Origin: an uncultured Actinomycetes bacterium
Lineage (GTDB): Bacteria > Actinomycetota > Thermoleophilia > Gaiellales > JALYLC01
Direction of reading: 5' to 3'
NCBI GenBank assembly: GCA_963743275.1
Contig: CAVUPB010000011.1
Location: 72,153 to 136,152 of the forward strand
Length of the DNA stretch: 64,000 nt
Shown here: piece after piece, positions 43,924-53,561 of the stretch
Numbering within the stretch: the first letter of the stretch is position 1
Layout: the number at the start of each line of letters is the position of its first letter
Position numbers and translations under genes: made by a program
Notes under the pieces: generated by a model
The model's input: only the letters and a program-made list of their open reading frames with translations
Databases searched by the model: none
What the model was told of the DNA's origin: nothing

Positions 43924-46900
43924 TTGACTGTGCCGATCGTCTCTGCCCCCTTCGCCGGCCTCGACGAGATCGCCGAGCCGTATGCGCTCCTGCTCGCGCC
44001 CGGCGCCGAGGTGAGCGCCGAGGCGATCGCGGAGCTGCGGGCGACGCTCGACGCGAATCCCGCCGCGGGCCTCGTCGGGGCCCGGCTCGCCGGGCCCGAC
44101 GGCCTGCTCCGGCAGGCCGGCGGCATCGTCGCGAGCGACGGCTCGATCTGGAGCTACGGCCACGGCCGGCAGGGCGACGACCCGCGCTACCTGCACGCGC
44201 GGGAGGTCGACTGGGTCTCGACGGACTGCGCGCTCGTGCGCGTCGCCGCGCTGCGCGCCGCCGGGGGCTTCGATCCCGCGCTCGCCGGCGAGGAGCGCGA
44301 CGCCGATCTCGCGTTCGCCCTGCGCCGGGCCGGCTATGCGGTCGTCTACCAGCCGTTCGCCGAGGCGGTCGTCCACGACCAGGCCGCCGAGACCGCCGAC
44401 GCCGCGGCCACCTGCGAGCTCAGCGTCATCATGCCGACCCACGATCGGGCGGAGCTGCTGCGCGACGCGCTCGAGAGCCTCGTGGGCCAGAGCGTCGCGC
44501 GCGACCGCTTCGAGGTCGTCGTCGTCGACGACGGCTCGACCGACGGCACCGAGCAGGTCTGCGCCGAGCTCTCCGAGCGGCTCGACCTCCGCTACGTCCG
44601 GATCGCGAGCTCGGGCATCGCCGCGGCCAAGAATGCCGGCATTCGCGCGGCGCGCGGCGCCATCCTGCTGTTCCTGGACGACGACGACGTGGCCGATCCG
44701 GGCCTGCTCGCGGAGCACCTCCGCGTGCACGCCGAGCGGCCCGAGGAGCACGTCGCGGTGCTCGGCTACACGACGTGGGGCGACTGGCTCGACGTGACGC
44801 CGCTCATGCACTTCGTGACCGACGTCGGCCACTACCTGTTCGCCTACAGCGACCTCGAAGACGGCCAGTCGCTGGACCACACCTACTTCTGGGGCGGCCG
44901 GAGCTCGTGCAAGCGCTCGTTCCTCCTGCGGCGCGGGCTCTTCAACCCGGCCTTCACGTTCGGCTCGGAGGACATCGAGCTCGGCTACCGGCTCTCCCGC
45001 TACGGACTCGAGGTCGTCTACGCCGCCGGCGCGATCAGCCGGATGAACCGGTCCGTCACGCTCGACGAGTTCTGCCGGCGCGTCGAGCGCCAGGGCCGTT
45101 CGCAGCTCGTCTTCTCGCGCCTGCACGCCGACCCCGGCGTCCAGACGTGGTGCGGCGTGGAGGCCGCCGCGGAGCGCTGGGCTGCGGTCGCGGCGGATCT
45201 CGACGCCCGTCTCGCTCGCGCCCGCGAGATCGAGGGTGCGCGCAGCGAGGAGTTCCACGCGCTGCTGTGGGGCATCTTCGACGCGCTGAAGCTGAAGGGG
45301 ATCGCCGAGGCTGCGAGCGAGGACGAGCAGGTCGCGCGGCCCGCGGCGCTGCGCCACGAGGCGCCGGGTGCCGCGCTGCGCGCCAAGTGGGCCGAGGAGC
45401 TGCGCGCGCAGACGGCGCCCGAGCACGAGCTGATGCGGGCGGCCGCCAACCGCGCGCCCGGCAGCCGGATCTTCGTCGCCGATCTGCTGCTCCCCGCCTA
45501 CACGCGCGCCTCCGGTGCGCGACGGATGTTCGAGTTGCTGCGCCTGCTCGCCGCCGCGGGTCACGCCGTCACGTTCGTCGCCGCCGACCCCTCCGACGGG
45601 CCGCGCTTCGTCGACGAGCTGCGCCGGCTGGGGATCGAGACCTACGCCGGCGACCCCGAGCGGGCGCTGCTGCTCGGGCGCTCCGTCGAGGCGCCGCACC
45701 TCGATCTCGGCGAGCTCCTGGCCGGGAGCGACTTCGATCTCGCGCTGCTCAGCCTGTGGTACGTGGCCGAGCGCTACCTCGAGCCCGTGCGGCGCTACGC
45801 GCCACGGGCGCGGATCGTGGTCGACACGGTCGACGTGCACTACGTCCGCGAGCAGCGCCATGCCGAGCTCGTGGGCGACCCGCTGCTCGCGCGCGGGGCA
45901 GCCGAGACGCGCCTGCGCGAGCTCGGCGTCTACGCGCAGGCCGACGCGCTCGTCGCCGTCACCGACAACGATGCCGACGGGATCCGCGCCGCGCTTCCCG
46001 AGGCCGAGATCCACATCGTCGGGAACATCCACGACGTCGCCGAGGCGTCGCCCGGGCCGGCGGGGCGCCAGGGCCTGCTCTTCGTCGGCAACTTCCTGCA
46101 TCGCCCGAACCCCGACGCGGTGATCTGGCTGCAGCGCGAGGTCATGCCGCTCGTCTGGGACGAGGAGCCGGATGCGACGCTGACGATCGCCGGGTTCCGG
46201 CCGACGGCCGAGGTACGGGAGCTCGCCGGCCCGCGCGTCGACGTCGTCGGCCACGTGCCCGACATGCAGCCGCTGCTCGACGCGCACCGCATCTCGGTCG
46301 CACCGCTGCGCTTCGGCGCAGGGATCAAGGGCAAGGTGTGCGAGGCGCTCGCGGCGGGACTCCCCGTGGTCACCACCGGCGTCGGGAGCGAGGGGATGGG
46401 CCTCGCCGAGGGCCACGACGTGCTGCTCGAGGCCGACGACGCGGAGGCGTTCGCCGCCGCCATCCTGCGGCTGCTCCGCGACGACGCGCTGTGGGCGCGG
46501 CTTGCCGCCGGCGGCCGTGCCTATGTCGAGCAGCAGCTCAGCTCGCAGGCGGCCGCGAAGCGGCTCGAGCGGCTGGTCGAGAGCGAGCGGGCCCGCAAGG
46601 CCGACGCGGAGCTGACATCGATCGTCGTGCTCGCGCTCGACAACGCCGAGCTGACCGGCGAGTGCCTCGACTCGATCGCCGCGCACACCGCCGAGCCCTA
46701 CGAGATCGTGCTCGTCGACAACGGCTCGGGCCCGGAGGCCGCGGATCTCTTCGCGCGCTGGGCGCGCGAGCGCGACGACCTGCGCGTGGTGCGCAACGCG
46801 GTCAACCTCGGCTTCGCCGGCGGCAACAACCAGGGACTCGCCCTCGCCCGCGGTGGCGCCGTCGTGCTGCTCAACAACGACACCGTCGTCACCGACGGCT

Positions 46901-49836
46901 GGCTCGGGCGCATGCGCGCGGTGCTCGAGCGCGAGGCCGGCGTCGGAATCGTCGGCCCGGTCACGAATCGGATCTCGGGCCCGCAACAGGTCGACGACGC
47001 CGTCTACGAGACCCCGCAGGAGCTTCACGCGTACGCGGCGGAGCGAGCGCTCGCACATGCCGGCCAGACCGCCGAGACGCTGCGCGTCGTCGGGTTCTGC
47101 ATGCTGATCAGGCGCGAGGTCGTCGATTGCATCGGCGGGCTCGACGAGCGCTTCGGCGCCGGCAACTTCGAGGACGACGACTTCTCCCTGCGCGCCGCGG
47201 CCCTGGGGTTCGGGGCCCGGATCGCGCTCGACGCGTTCGTCCACCACGCCGGCAGCCAGACGTTCGCCGCGGCGGGCATCGACCACCACCAGGCGATGCT
47301 GCGCAACTGGACGCTCTTCAAGGAGAAGTGGTCGATCCCGGCGGCGACGTCGATCGCCGAGCCCTACGCCGTCTCGCGTGAGACGGTGCTGGCCCGCTCG
47401 TGCGTCGTGCCGCTGCCCGCGATCGGGCGCTTCCACCGGCCCGAGGGGAACCTCTGGCGCGAGGCCGACGACAGTCGCGTCCTCGCCGCGGCCGCCGATG
47501 CGATCGAGGTCGGCCGCGTCGAGGCGCTCGCCGATGCCTTCGCCGAGGCCGCGCGATGGCTCGACCCGCACCGCCGCTACCAGACCCGCCGCCGCCTCGC
47601 CGAGCTGGTGCTCGACGCGCCCAAGCGGGGCGAGAGCGACTGGATGACGCTGTTCGCCGCCGGCGCGGAGGAGCTGACCGCCGTGCTCGAGGAGGAGCCG
47701 CGCGAGCCGATCCTGCTGAACTATCTCGGCGTCCTCCTCTACGAGCTCGGTGACCTGCGCACCGCGGAGTCCCTGTTCCGGGCTGCGTTCCGGCTCGACC
47801 CGGCGCTCGGACAGGCCCGGGAGAACCTCGAGGCCGCACGGCGGCTGCGCCGCGCGCACACGCTCGGCGCCCCGCGCGGCGCGTTGGCCGCGCGGGTGCG
47901 GGCGCTCGCGCCGCGCGCGCGTCGCCTGGCGGCTGCGGCGAGGCCGGTGGAGGGGTTGACGGTGTCGCTGTGCATGATCGTGAAGGACGAGGAGGAGTTG
48001 TTGCCGGCCTGTCTGGAGGCGGCGCGGGGTGCGGTCGACGAGATCGTGGTGGTCGATACGGGTTCGTCGGATCGCACGGTGGAGATCGCGGAGTCGTTTG
48101 GTGCGAAGGTCGTGTCGTTTCCGTGGAACGGGTCGTTTGCGGATGCGCGGAATGTCTCGATCGAGCATGCGACGGGCGATTGGATCATGTATCTGGACGC
48201 CGACGAGCAGCTTGCTGCGGGCTCGGCCGCAGAGTTGCGCTCGCTGCTCGGCAAGACCTGGCGCGAGGCCTTCAATCTCGTCGAGACGAACTTCACCGGC
48301 GGCGAGGGATCGGGGGAGTCGGTCGCCCACCTCGCGCTGCGCGTCTGGCGCAACCGGCCGGAGTACCGCTTCGCGGGCCGCATCCACGAGCAGAAGACGC
48401 AGTCGATGCCGAACTACCTGCCCGAGCGGTTCGAGACCACGACCGTGCAGATCTCCCACTACGGCTACCTCAAGAGCCGGATCTCGGCGAAGGAGAAGTC
48501 GCAGCGCAACATCGAGCTGCTCGAGGCGCAGGTCGAGGAGCGGGGGCTGAACGCCTTCTCCGCGCTCAACCTCGGCACCGAGTGGATGCTCGTCGGCGAG
48601 CAGGCGAAGGCGCGGGAGTACCTGGAGCAGTCGTGGACGATGCTGCGACGGCAGCCGGCGTGGCAGCGCCAGCCATGGGCCCCGATGCTGCTCTCGCGGC
48701 TCGCGACCGTCCGCCGCGAGCTCGGCGACCTCGCGGGCGTGCGCGCCCTCGTCGCCGAGGGCCTCGCGATCTATCCGGATCACACCGACCTCGTCTTCAA
48801 GCTCGCGCTCTGCGCCGTCGACGAGCGCGACTGGGCGGGCGCCGAGGTGCATGCCCGCCGCTGCCTCGCGCTCGGAGATGCGCCCGCCGCCTATTCGGGC
48901 AACGTCGGCGGCGGAACGTACCTCGCAATGGCGCTGCTCGGCCAGCTGAGCGAGGTCCAGGGGCGCCTCGACGAGGCCGAGGCGCACTACCGCCAGGCGC
49001 TCGCGGCGCATCCCTCGTTCGTCGCGCCCGCGCTGCCGCTCGCGACGCTCATGTTCCGCCGCGGCGCGGCGCCGGCCGAGGTCGAGGCGGCGCTGCCGGC
49101 CGGCCGGACGAGCGCGCTCCTGCTCGCGGCGAGCGCCTGCTTCGAGGCCGGCCATGCCCCCGAGGCGGCGGCGTGGTTCGCCCGCGTGCTCGACGAGCAG
49201 CCCGAAAACGGCGCCGCGCGCGTCGGGCTCGTCGAGTCCCTGCTCGCCGAGCGCCGCTACGACGAGGCGGTCGCCGAGGCGCGCCTGCGGGGCGACGGCT
49301 CGGCCGTCGCCACGAAGCTCGCCGCCGCCGAGCTCTTCATCCACGGGCTGCGGGCCGACGCGGCAGCGCTCGGAGCCGCACTCGAGACGTTCGACGGGAC
49401 CGTGCCCGAGGCCGCGCTCTTCGGCGCCTGGCACGGCCTGCTCGCCGGCGCTCCCGTACCCGATGTGCTGCCGGCAGAGCTGTTCGGCACGGTCGTCACG
49501 ATGCTCGAGGCGCTCCTGCGCGTCTCGGAGTTCCAGGCCTTCGAGACCCTGCACGGGCTGTTCACGCGCATCGACGTCGCTCCCGCGCTGCGCTCCGACG
49601 TCCTCGCGACGGTCTACTTCCGGCGCGGCTATCTGGATTCGGCGGCGGACGAATGGATCGCCTCGGTCGAGGCGGAGCCGAGCGCCGGCGCGCTGCTCGG
49701 CCTCGCGCACGTCGCGCTCGCCAAGGACCTGCCCGACGACGCCGCCGTGCTGCTGGACGAGGCGCTGGAGCTCGAGCCCGGCAACACGGACGCCTCGGCC
49801 CTGCGCGACGCGCTCGCCGACAAGGTGGCGGCGTGA
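43924..49836 (+). CDS. Giant multidomain glycosyltransferase (about 1970-2000 aa): GT-A fragment, GT2, GT4/GT1, GT2, helical linker, GT2 and a TPR-like tail
   Basis: LSVIMPTHDR...VVVDDGSTDGT...LFLDDDD (GT2). FVGNF...GIKGKVCEALAAGLPVVTT (GT4). SIVVLALDN...VLVDNGS...LLNNDTVV...GNFEDDD (GT2). SLCMIVKDEEELLP...VVVDTGSSD...MYLDADE (GT2). The start is uncertain: the ORF track gives 43828 inside the repeat, with TTG 43924 or GTG 43930 preferred. Confidence 0.8.
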   Translation: MTVPIVSAPFAGLDEIAEPYALLLAPGAEVSAEAIAELRATLDANPAAGLVGARLAGPDGLLRQAGGIVASDGSIWSYGHGRQGDDPRYLHAREVDWVSTDCALVRVAALRAAGGFDPALAGEERDADLAFALRRAGYAVVYQPFAEAVVHDQAAETADAAATCELSVIMPTHDRAELLRDALESLVGQSVARDRFEVVVVDDGSTDGTEQVCAELSERLDLRYVRIASSGIAAAKNAGIRAARGAILLFLDDDDVADPGLLAEHLRVHAERPEEHVAVLGYTTWGDWLDVTPLMHFVTDVGHYLFAYSDLEDGQSLDHTYFWGGRSSCKRSFLLRRGLFNPAFTFGSEDIELGYRLSRYGLEVVYAAGAISRMNRSVTLDEFCRRVERQGRSQLVFSRLHADPGVQTWCGVEAAAERWAAVAADLDARLARAREIEGARSEEFHALLWGIFDALKLKGIAEAASEDEQVARPAALRHEAPGAALRAKWAEELRAQTAPEHELMRAAANRAPGSRIFVADLLLPAYTRASGARRMFELLRLLAAAGHAVTFVAADPSDGPRFVDELRRLGIETYAGDPERALLLGRSVEAPHLDLGELLAGSDFDLALLSLWYVAERYLEPVRRYAPRARIVVDTVDVHYVREQRHAELVGDPLLARGAAETRLRELGVYAQADALVAVTDNDADGIRAALPEAEIHIVGNIHDVAEASPGPAGRQGLLFVGNFLHRPNPDAVIWLQREVMPLVWDEEPDATLTIAGFRPTAEVRELAGPRVDVVGHVPDMQPLLDAHRISVAPLRFGAGIKGKVCEALAAGLPVVTTGVGSEGMGLAEGHDVLLEADDAEAFAAAILRLLRDDALWARLAAGGRAYVEQQLSSQAAAKRLERLVESERARKADAELTSIVVLALDNAELTGECLDSIAAHTAEPYEIVLVDNGSGPEAADLFARWARERDDLRVVRNAVNLGFAGGNNQGLALARGGAVVLLNNDTVVTDGWLGRMRAVLEREAGVGIVGPVTNRISGPQQVDDAVYETPQELHAYAAERALAHAGQTAETLRVVGFCMLIRREVVDCIGGLDERFGAGNFEDDDFSLRAAALGFGARIALDAFVHHAGSQTFAAAGIDHHQAMLRNWTLFKEKWSIPAATSIAEPYAVSRETVLARSCVVPLPAIGRFHRPEGNLWREADDSRVLAAAADAIEVGRVEALADAFAEAARWLDPHRRYQTRRRLAELVLDAPKRGESDWMTLFAAGAEELTAVLEEEPREPILLNYLGVLLYELGDLRTAESLFRAAFRLDPALGQARENLEAARRLRRAHTLGAPRGALAARVRALAPRARRLAAAARPVEGLTVSLCMIVKDEEELLPACLEAARGAVDEIVVVDTGSSDRTVEIAESFGAKVVSFPWNGSFADARNVSIEHATGDWIMYLDADEQLAAGSAAELRSLLGKTWREAFNLVETNFTGGEGSGESVAHLALRVWRNRPEYRFAGRIHEQKTQSMPNYLPERFETTTVQISHYGYLKSRISAKEKSQRNIELLEAQVEERGLNAFSALNLGTEWMLVGEQAKAREYLEQSWTMLRRQPAWQRQPWAPMLLSRLATVRRELGDLAGVRALVAEGLAIYPDHTDLVFKLALCAVDERDWAGAEVHARRCLALGDAPAAYSGNVGGGTYLAMALLGQLSEVQGRLDEAEAHYRQALAAHPSFVAPALPLATLMFRRGAAPAEVEAALPAGRTSALLLAASACFEAGHAPEAAAWFARVLDEQPENGAARVGLVESLLAERRYDEAVAEARLRGDGSAVATKLAAAELFIHGLRADAAALGAALETFDGTVPEAALFGAWHGLLAGAPVPDVLPAELFGTVVTMLEALLRVSEFQAFETLHGLFTRIDVAPALRSDVLATVYFRRGYLDSAADEWIASVEAEPSAGALLGLAHVALAKDLPDDAAVLLDEALELEPGNTDASALRDALADKVAA
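47920..48273 (+). repeat. 354-bp block 100% identical to 51219-51572 (copy 1)
   Basis: Out-of-frame ORFs 47970.. and 51269.. (and 48029.. and 51328..) start with identical peptides at a constant offset of 3299 nt. The 5' boundary is sharp. Confidence 0.9.
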
Positions 49837-52800
49837 GCCTGCGCGTCGTCTCCGTCCTGCCCGGCGCGGAAGCGCAGGCGACCGGGCGGGAGAGCATCGC
49901 GGAGCCGCTCGTCTCCATCGCGATCCTGACGCTGAACGGCAGCGAGCACACGCGCGCGTGCCTCGAGAGCATCGAGCGCTCGACGGCGGAGCCGTACGAG
50001 CTGCTGCTCGTCGACAACGGCTCCAGCGACGGCACGGTCGAGCTCCTGCGCGACTACGCGGCGACGCGCTCGCACGTCCGGCTGGTGCTGAACGGCGCGA
50101 ACCGCGGCTTCGCGGGCGGCAACAACCAGGCGCTCGCGCTCGCGCGCGGCGAGTACGTCGTCCTGCTCAACAACGACACGATCGTCACGGACGGCTGGCT
50201 CGGGCGGCTCATCGGCGCGCTCGAGAGGACGCCGGGCGCGGGCCTCGCCGGTCCCGTGTCCAACTACGTCGCCGGGCCACAGCTCGTCGAGGCCGGCTAC
50301 GCGAGCGTCGGCGAGGTCGCGCCGTTCGCACGCGCCTGGGCCCGCGCCCACGCCGGCGCGGTCGAGCCCGTTGCCCGTCTGATCGGCTTCTGCCTGCTGC
50401 TCCGGCGTGAGGTGGTCGAGGCGGTCGGCGCGCTCGACGAGTCCTTCGGCGCCGGCAACTTCGAGGACGACGACCTCTGCCTGCGCGCTCGCGCGGCGGG
50501 CTTCGGCTGCGTGATCGCGCGCGATGCGTTCGTCCATCACACGGGCAGCCAGACGTTCATCGGCGAGCGGATCGACTACGGCGCCAGCCTCGTGCGCAAC
50601 CGCATGGTCTTCGAGCGGAAGTGGGGGTGCTCGCTCGACGCCCTCTGGGATCGCGGCCTGGCCGCAGTCGAGCCGGAGCGGCTCGAGCGCCTGCGCCACC
50701 TGCCGCTGCCCGCGCACTCGCTGCCGGAGTCGCAGGCGGGCGCCGCCGGCGATCAGCTGCGCGGCGAGCTCCGCGTCGAGGATCTTCTCGTGCGCGCCCG
50801 CGCCGCGGTGCTCGGGCACGACCTCCGGGCCGTGCGCGAGCGCTTCGCCGAGCCCGCCGGCTGGGACGAGGAGCAGCGTGCCTACCAGGCGGTGCGCCAC
50901 CTGACCGAGCTCGTGCTCGCGACCGGGGCGGCGATCCGCGACGAGGGCTGGATCGACCTCTACGTCGCGGCTGCCGAGGGCCTGCTCGGGGTGCTCGAAC
51001 GGGAGCCGTCCGAGCCGGTGCTGCTCAACTTCGCCGGGATCCTGCTCTACGAGCTGACCGAGCTCGAGTCCGCCGCCGCGCTCTTCGAGGCGGCGCTCCG
51101 GCTCGACCCGTCGCTCGACGAGACGGCCGGGAACCTCGCTGCGGCCCGTGACCTGCTCGCGCGCGAGGACCGGCCGCGTCTCGCGCACTACGGGCTCGCC
51201 GCCCTCGCCGACCTCGGCCGTCGCCTGGCGGCTGCGGCGAGGCCGGTGGAGGGGTTGACGGTGTCGCTGTGCATGATCGTGAAGGACGAGGAGGAGTTGT
51301 TGCCGGCCTGTCTGGAGGCGGCGCGGGGTGCGGTCGACGAGATCGTGGTGGTCGATACGGGTTCGTCGGATCGCACGGTGGAGATCGCGGAGTCGTTTGG
51401 TGCGAAGGTCGTGTCGTTTCCGTGGAACGGGTCGTTTGCGGATGCGCGGAATGTCTCGATCGAGCATGCGACGGGCGATTGGATCATGTATCTGGACGCC
51501 GACGAGCAGCTTGCTGCGGGCTCGGCCGCAGAGTTGCGCTCGCTGCTCGGCAAGACCTGGCGCGAGGCCTTCTACCTCGTCGAGACGAACCACACGGGCG
51601 GGGACGAGGCGGGGACGGCGGTCGCCCACCCGGCGATGCGCATCTTCCGCAACCGCCCCGAGTACCGCTTCGAGGGCCGCATCCACGAGCAGAAGTCGCG
51701 GCTGATGCCGACGTTCCTGCCGGAGCGGTTCGAGACCACGACCGTCCGGGTCGAGCACTTCGGCTACCTCAAGAGCCGGGTCGTCGGCCGCGACAAGTCC
51801 CGGCGCAACCTCGAGCTGCTCGCGCGCGAGGTGGAGGAGTCGCCCAGCCCGTTCGCGTCGTTCAACCTGGGCTCCGAGTATCAGATGCTGAGCGACTGGC
51901 AGCGCGCCGCCGGCCACTTCGACGACGCCTGGCGCGAGCTGCGCCGCGAGGGCGAGTGGCACACGGCGGGCTTCGCGCCGATGCTCGCCGCGCGCACCGC
52001 CCGCGCCCACCGCGAGTGCGGGCGGATCGAGAAGGCGCGCGACGTGCTCGCCGAGGCGGTCGCGCTGATGCCCGACTACACCGACCTCCACTTCGAGCTC
52101 GCGCTCTGCGCGCAGGCGACGGGCGAGCGGGCCGAGGCCGAGCGGCTGCTCCGGCACTGCCTCGAGATCGGAGACGCACCGCCGCGCTACGCGGCGACGG
52201 TCGGCACGGGCTCGCATCTCGCGCTCGGCGTCCTCGCCGAGCTGGCCGAGGCGCGCGGCGACGATGCCGAGGCGATCGCCCTCTACCGGCGCGGCCTCGA
52301 GCTGCGGCCCGCCTTCACGGCGACCGTGCTGCCGCTCGCGAAGCTCCTGCTCGAGAACGGCTCGACCCCCGCCGAGCTGTCCCGCGAGCTCCCGCTCGAA
52401 CGTCCGTCGGCGGCGCTGCTGACGGCGACCGCCTACCTCGAGAGCGGCCACGCGCAGGCGGCCGAAGAGCTCTTCCGGCAGGTGCTCGCCCGCCGTCCGG
52501 GAACGCCTGCGGCACGCATGGGCGTGCTGCAGGCGCTGCTCGGCCAGCGCCGCTACGCCGAGGCCGCCGCGGAGGCCGCGAGCGAGACGGCCGAGGCGGA
52601 GACCGCGTCGCTCGCCGCCTCCACGGGCATGTTCGCGTGCGCGGCGCTCGGCGCCCCGGCGCTGCTCGCCACGGCGATCGAGCGCGCGGAGCGGCTCGCT
52701 GTCGCAGACGGCGAGCTCGAGTTCTACCGGGGGTGGGAGGCGGCTCTCGGCGGTGCACCGCTCGGCTCCCTGCCCGCGTCGGCGCTCGAGCCCGCGCTCG

Positions 52801-53156
52801 GCGCGCTCGAGGCGCTGCTCCGCGTGCGCGAGTTCGACGCGTTCGGGCGGCTGGTCTCCGTGTACGAGTGCATCGATGCTCCGCTCGAGGAGCGCCGGGA
52901 ACGACTCGCCCAGCTCTACCTGCGCAGCGGCTACGCGGACTCGGCCGAGGACGAGTGGCGCCGCGGTGCGCTCGACGCGGATTCGCTCGTCGGGCTCGCC
53001 CAGGTCGCGCTCGTGCGCGAGCAGCCCGGCGAGGCGGCCGCGCTCGCAGGCAAGGCGCTCGACCTCGACCCGGCCTCGAAGACGGCCCGCAAGCTCGTGT
53101 CGGTTTTGACCCGATCGGGGGATACGGCCTCAATCTTGGGCTCGACAGGTCGATGA
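49833..53156 (+). CDS. Multidomain glycosyltransferase (1107 aa): GT2, helical linker, GT2 and a TPR-like tail. It is a paralog of the C-terminal half of the previous gene.
   Basis: GTG overlaps the upstream stop (GTGA). VSIAILTLNG...LLVDNGSSDGT...LLNNDTIV...GNFEDDD, then SLCMIVKDEEELLP...VVVDTGSSD...MYLDADE, and a TPR-like C-terminus. Confidence 0.85.
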   Translation: MSLRVVSVLPGAEAQATGRESIAEPLVSIAILTLNGSEHTRACLESIERSTAEPYELLLVDNGSSDGTVELLRDYAATRSHVRLVLNGANRGFAGGNNQALALARGEYVVLLNNDTIVTDGWLGRLIGALERTPGAGLAGPVSNYVAGPQLVEAGYASVGEVAPFARAWARAHAGAVEPVARLIGFCLLLRREVVEAVGALDESFGAGNFEDDDLCLRARAAGFGCVIARDAFVHHTGSQTFIGERIDYGASLVRNRMVFERKWGCSLDALWDRGLAAVEPERLERLRHLPLPAHSLPESQAGAAGDQLRGELRVEDLLVRARAAVLGHDLRAVRERFAEPAGWDEEQRAYQAVRHLTELVLATGAAIRDEGWIDLYVAAAEGLLGVLEREPSEPVLLNFAGILLYELTELESAAALFEAALRLDPSLDETAGNLAAARDLLAREDRPRLAHYGLAALADLGRRLAAAARPVEGLTVSLCMIVKDEEELLPACLEAARGAVDEIVVVDTGSSDRTVEIAESFGAKVVSFPWNGSFADARNVSIEHATGDWIMYLDADEQLAAGSAAELRSLLGKTWREAFYLVETNHTGGDEAGTAVAHPAMRIFRNRPEYRFEGRIHEQKSRLMPTFLPERFETTTVRVEHFGYLKSRVVGRDKSRRNLELLAREVEESPSPFASFNLGSEYQMLSDWQRAAGHFDDAWRELRREGEWHTAGFAPMLAARTARAHRECGRIEKARDVLAEAVALMPDYTDLHFELALCAQATGERAEAERLLRHCLEIGDAPPRYAATVGTGSHLALGVLAELAEARGDDAEAIALYRRGLELRPAFTATVLPLAKLLLENGSTPAELSRELPLERPSAALLTATAYLESGHAQAAEELFRQVLARRPGTPAARMGVLQALLGQRRYAEAAAEAASETAEAETASLAASTGMFACAALGAPALLATAIERAERLAVADGELEFYRGWEAALGGAPLGSLPASALEPALGALEALLRVREFDAFGRLVSVYECIDAPLEERRERLAQLYLRSGYADSAEDEWRRGALDADSLVGLAQVALVREQPGEAAALAGKALDLDPASKTARKLVSVLTRSGDTASILGSTGR
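51219..51572 (+). repeat. 354-bp block 100% identical to 47920-48273 (copy 2)
   Basis: As for copy 1. It encodes RRLAAAARPVEGLTVSLCMIVKDEEELLP...LLGKTWREAF in both genes. Confidence 0.9.
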
Positions 53157-53207
53157 CGTGAGCGACATGGGATCGACACCGCGACGCGCCGGAGCAGGAG
53201 GGGACGA

Positions 53208-53561
53208 ATGACGAAGACAGGACCCACAGACGCTGCGCCGGGAGCTGCCACCGTCGATCGGCTGGTCGACGCCGCCGAGAACGCGCAGGCGGCCTTCCTC
53301 GCGCCCTCCCATCTCGCGATCGGCGCGGCGCCGCCGCCGGCGCTCCTGTGCGCGCTCGACCGGGCGGCGCAGGTCGTCGCCGACCTCGACGCGCGCCGGC
53401 TCAGCCTGCGCTTCGAGGCGGGCGCGGACAGCCGGGTCCAGGCGCAGGTCATCGATGCCGACGGGAACGTGCTGCGGCGGCTGCCGGTCGGGCAGGCGCT
53501 CGAGCTGCTGAACGGGCGCGGCTCGTGGCGCGAGCGCGGATTGGGCGCGGGGTCGCAATGA
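53208..53561 (+). CDS. flaG: FlaG-like flagellar protein
   Basis: 117 aa immediately upstream of fliD. LSLRFEAGADSRVQAQVIDADGNVLRRLPVGQALELL fits the FlaG pattern. Confidence 0.65.
   Translation: MTKTGPTDAAPGAATVDRLVDAAENAQAAFLAPSHLAIGAAPPPALLCALDRAAQVVADLDARRLSLRFEAGADSRVQAQVIDADGNVLRRLPVGQALELLNGRGSWRERGLGAGSQ

Noticed and set aside
43729-49710. 1993-aa ORF on the minus strand opposite the giant glycosyltransferase gene. Similar antisense giants occur at 49629..52451, 52931..55750, 8837..10621, 15603..17729 and 59417..61813.
   Set aside because: These are shadow ORFs typical of DNA at about 70% GC. Their translations are Arg/Ala/Gly/Pro-rich low-complexity strings with no recognisable motifs, while the opposite strand carries clear domain signatures.
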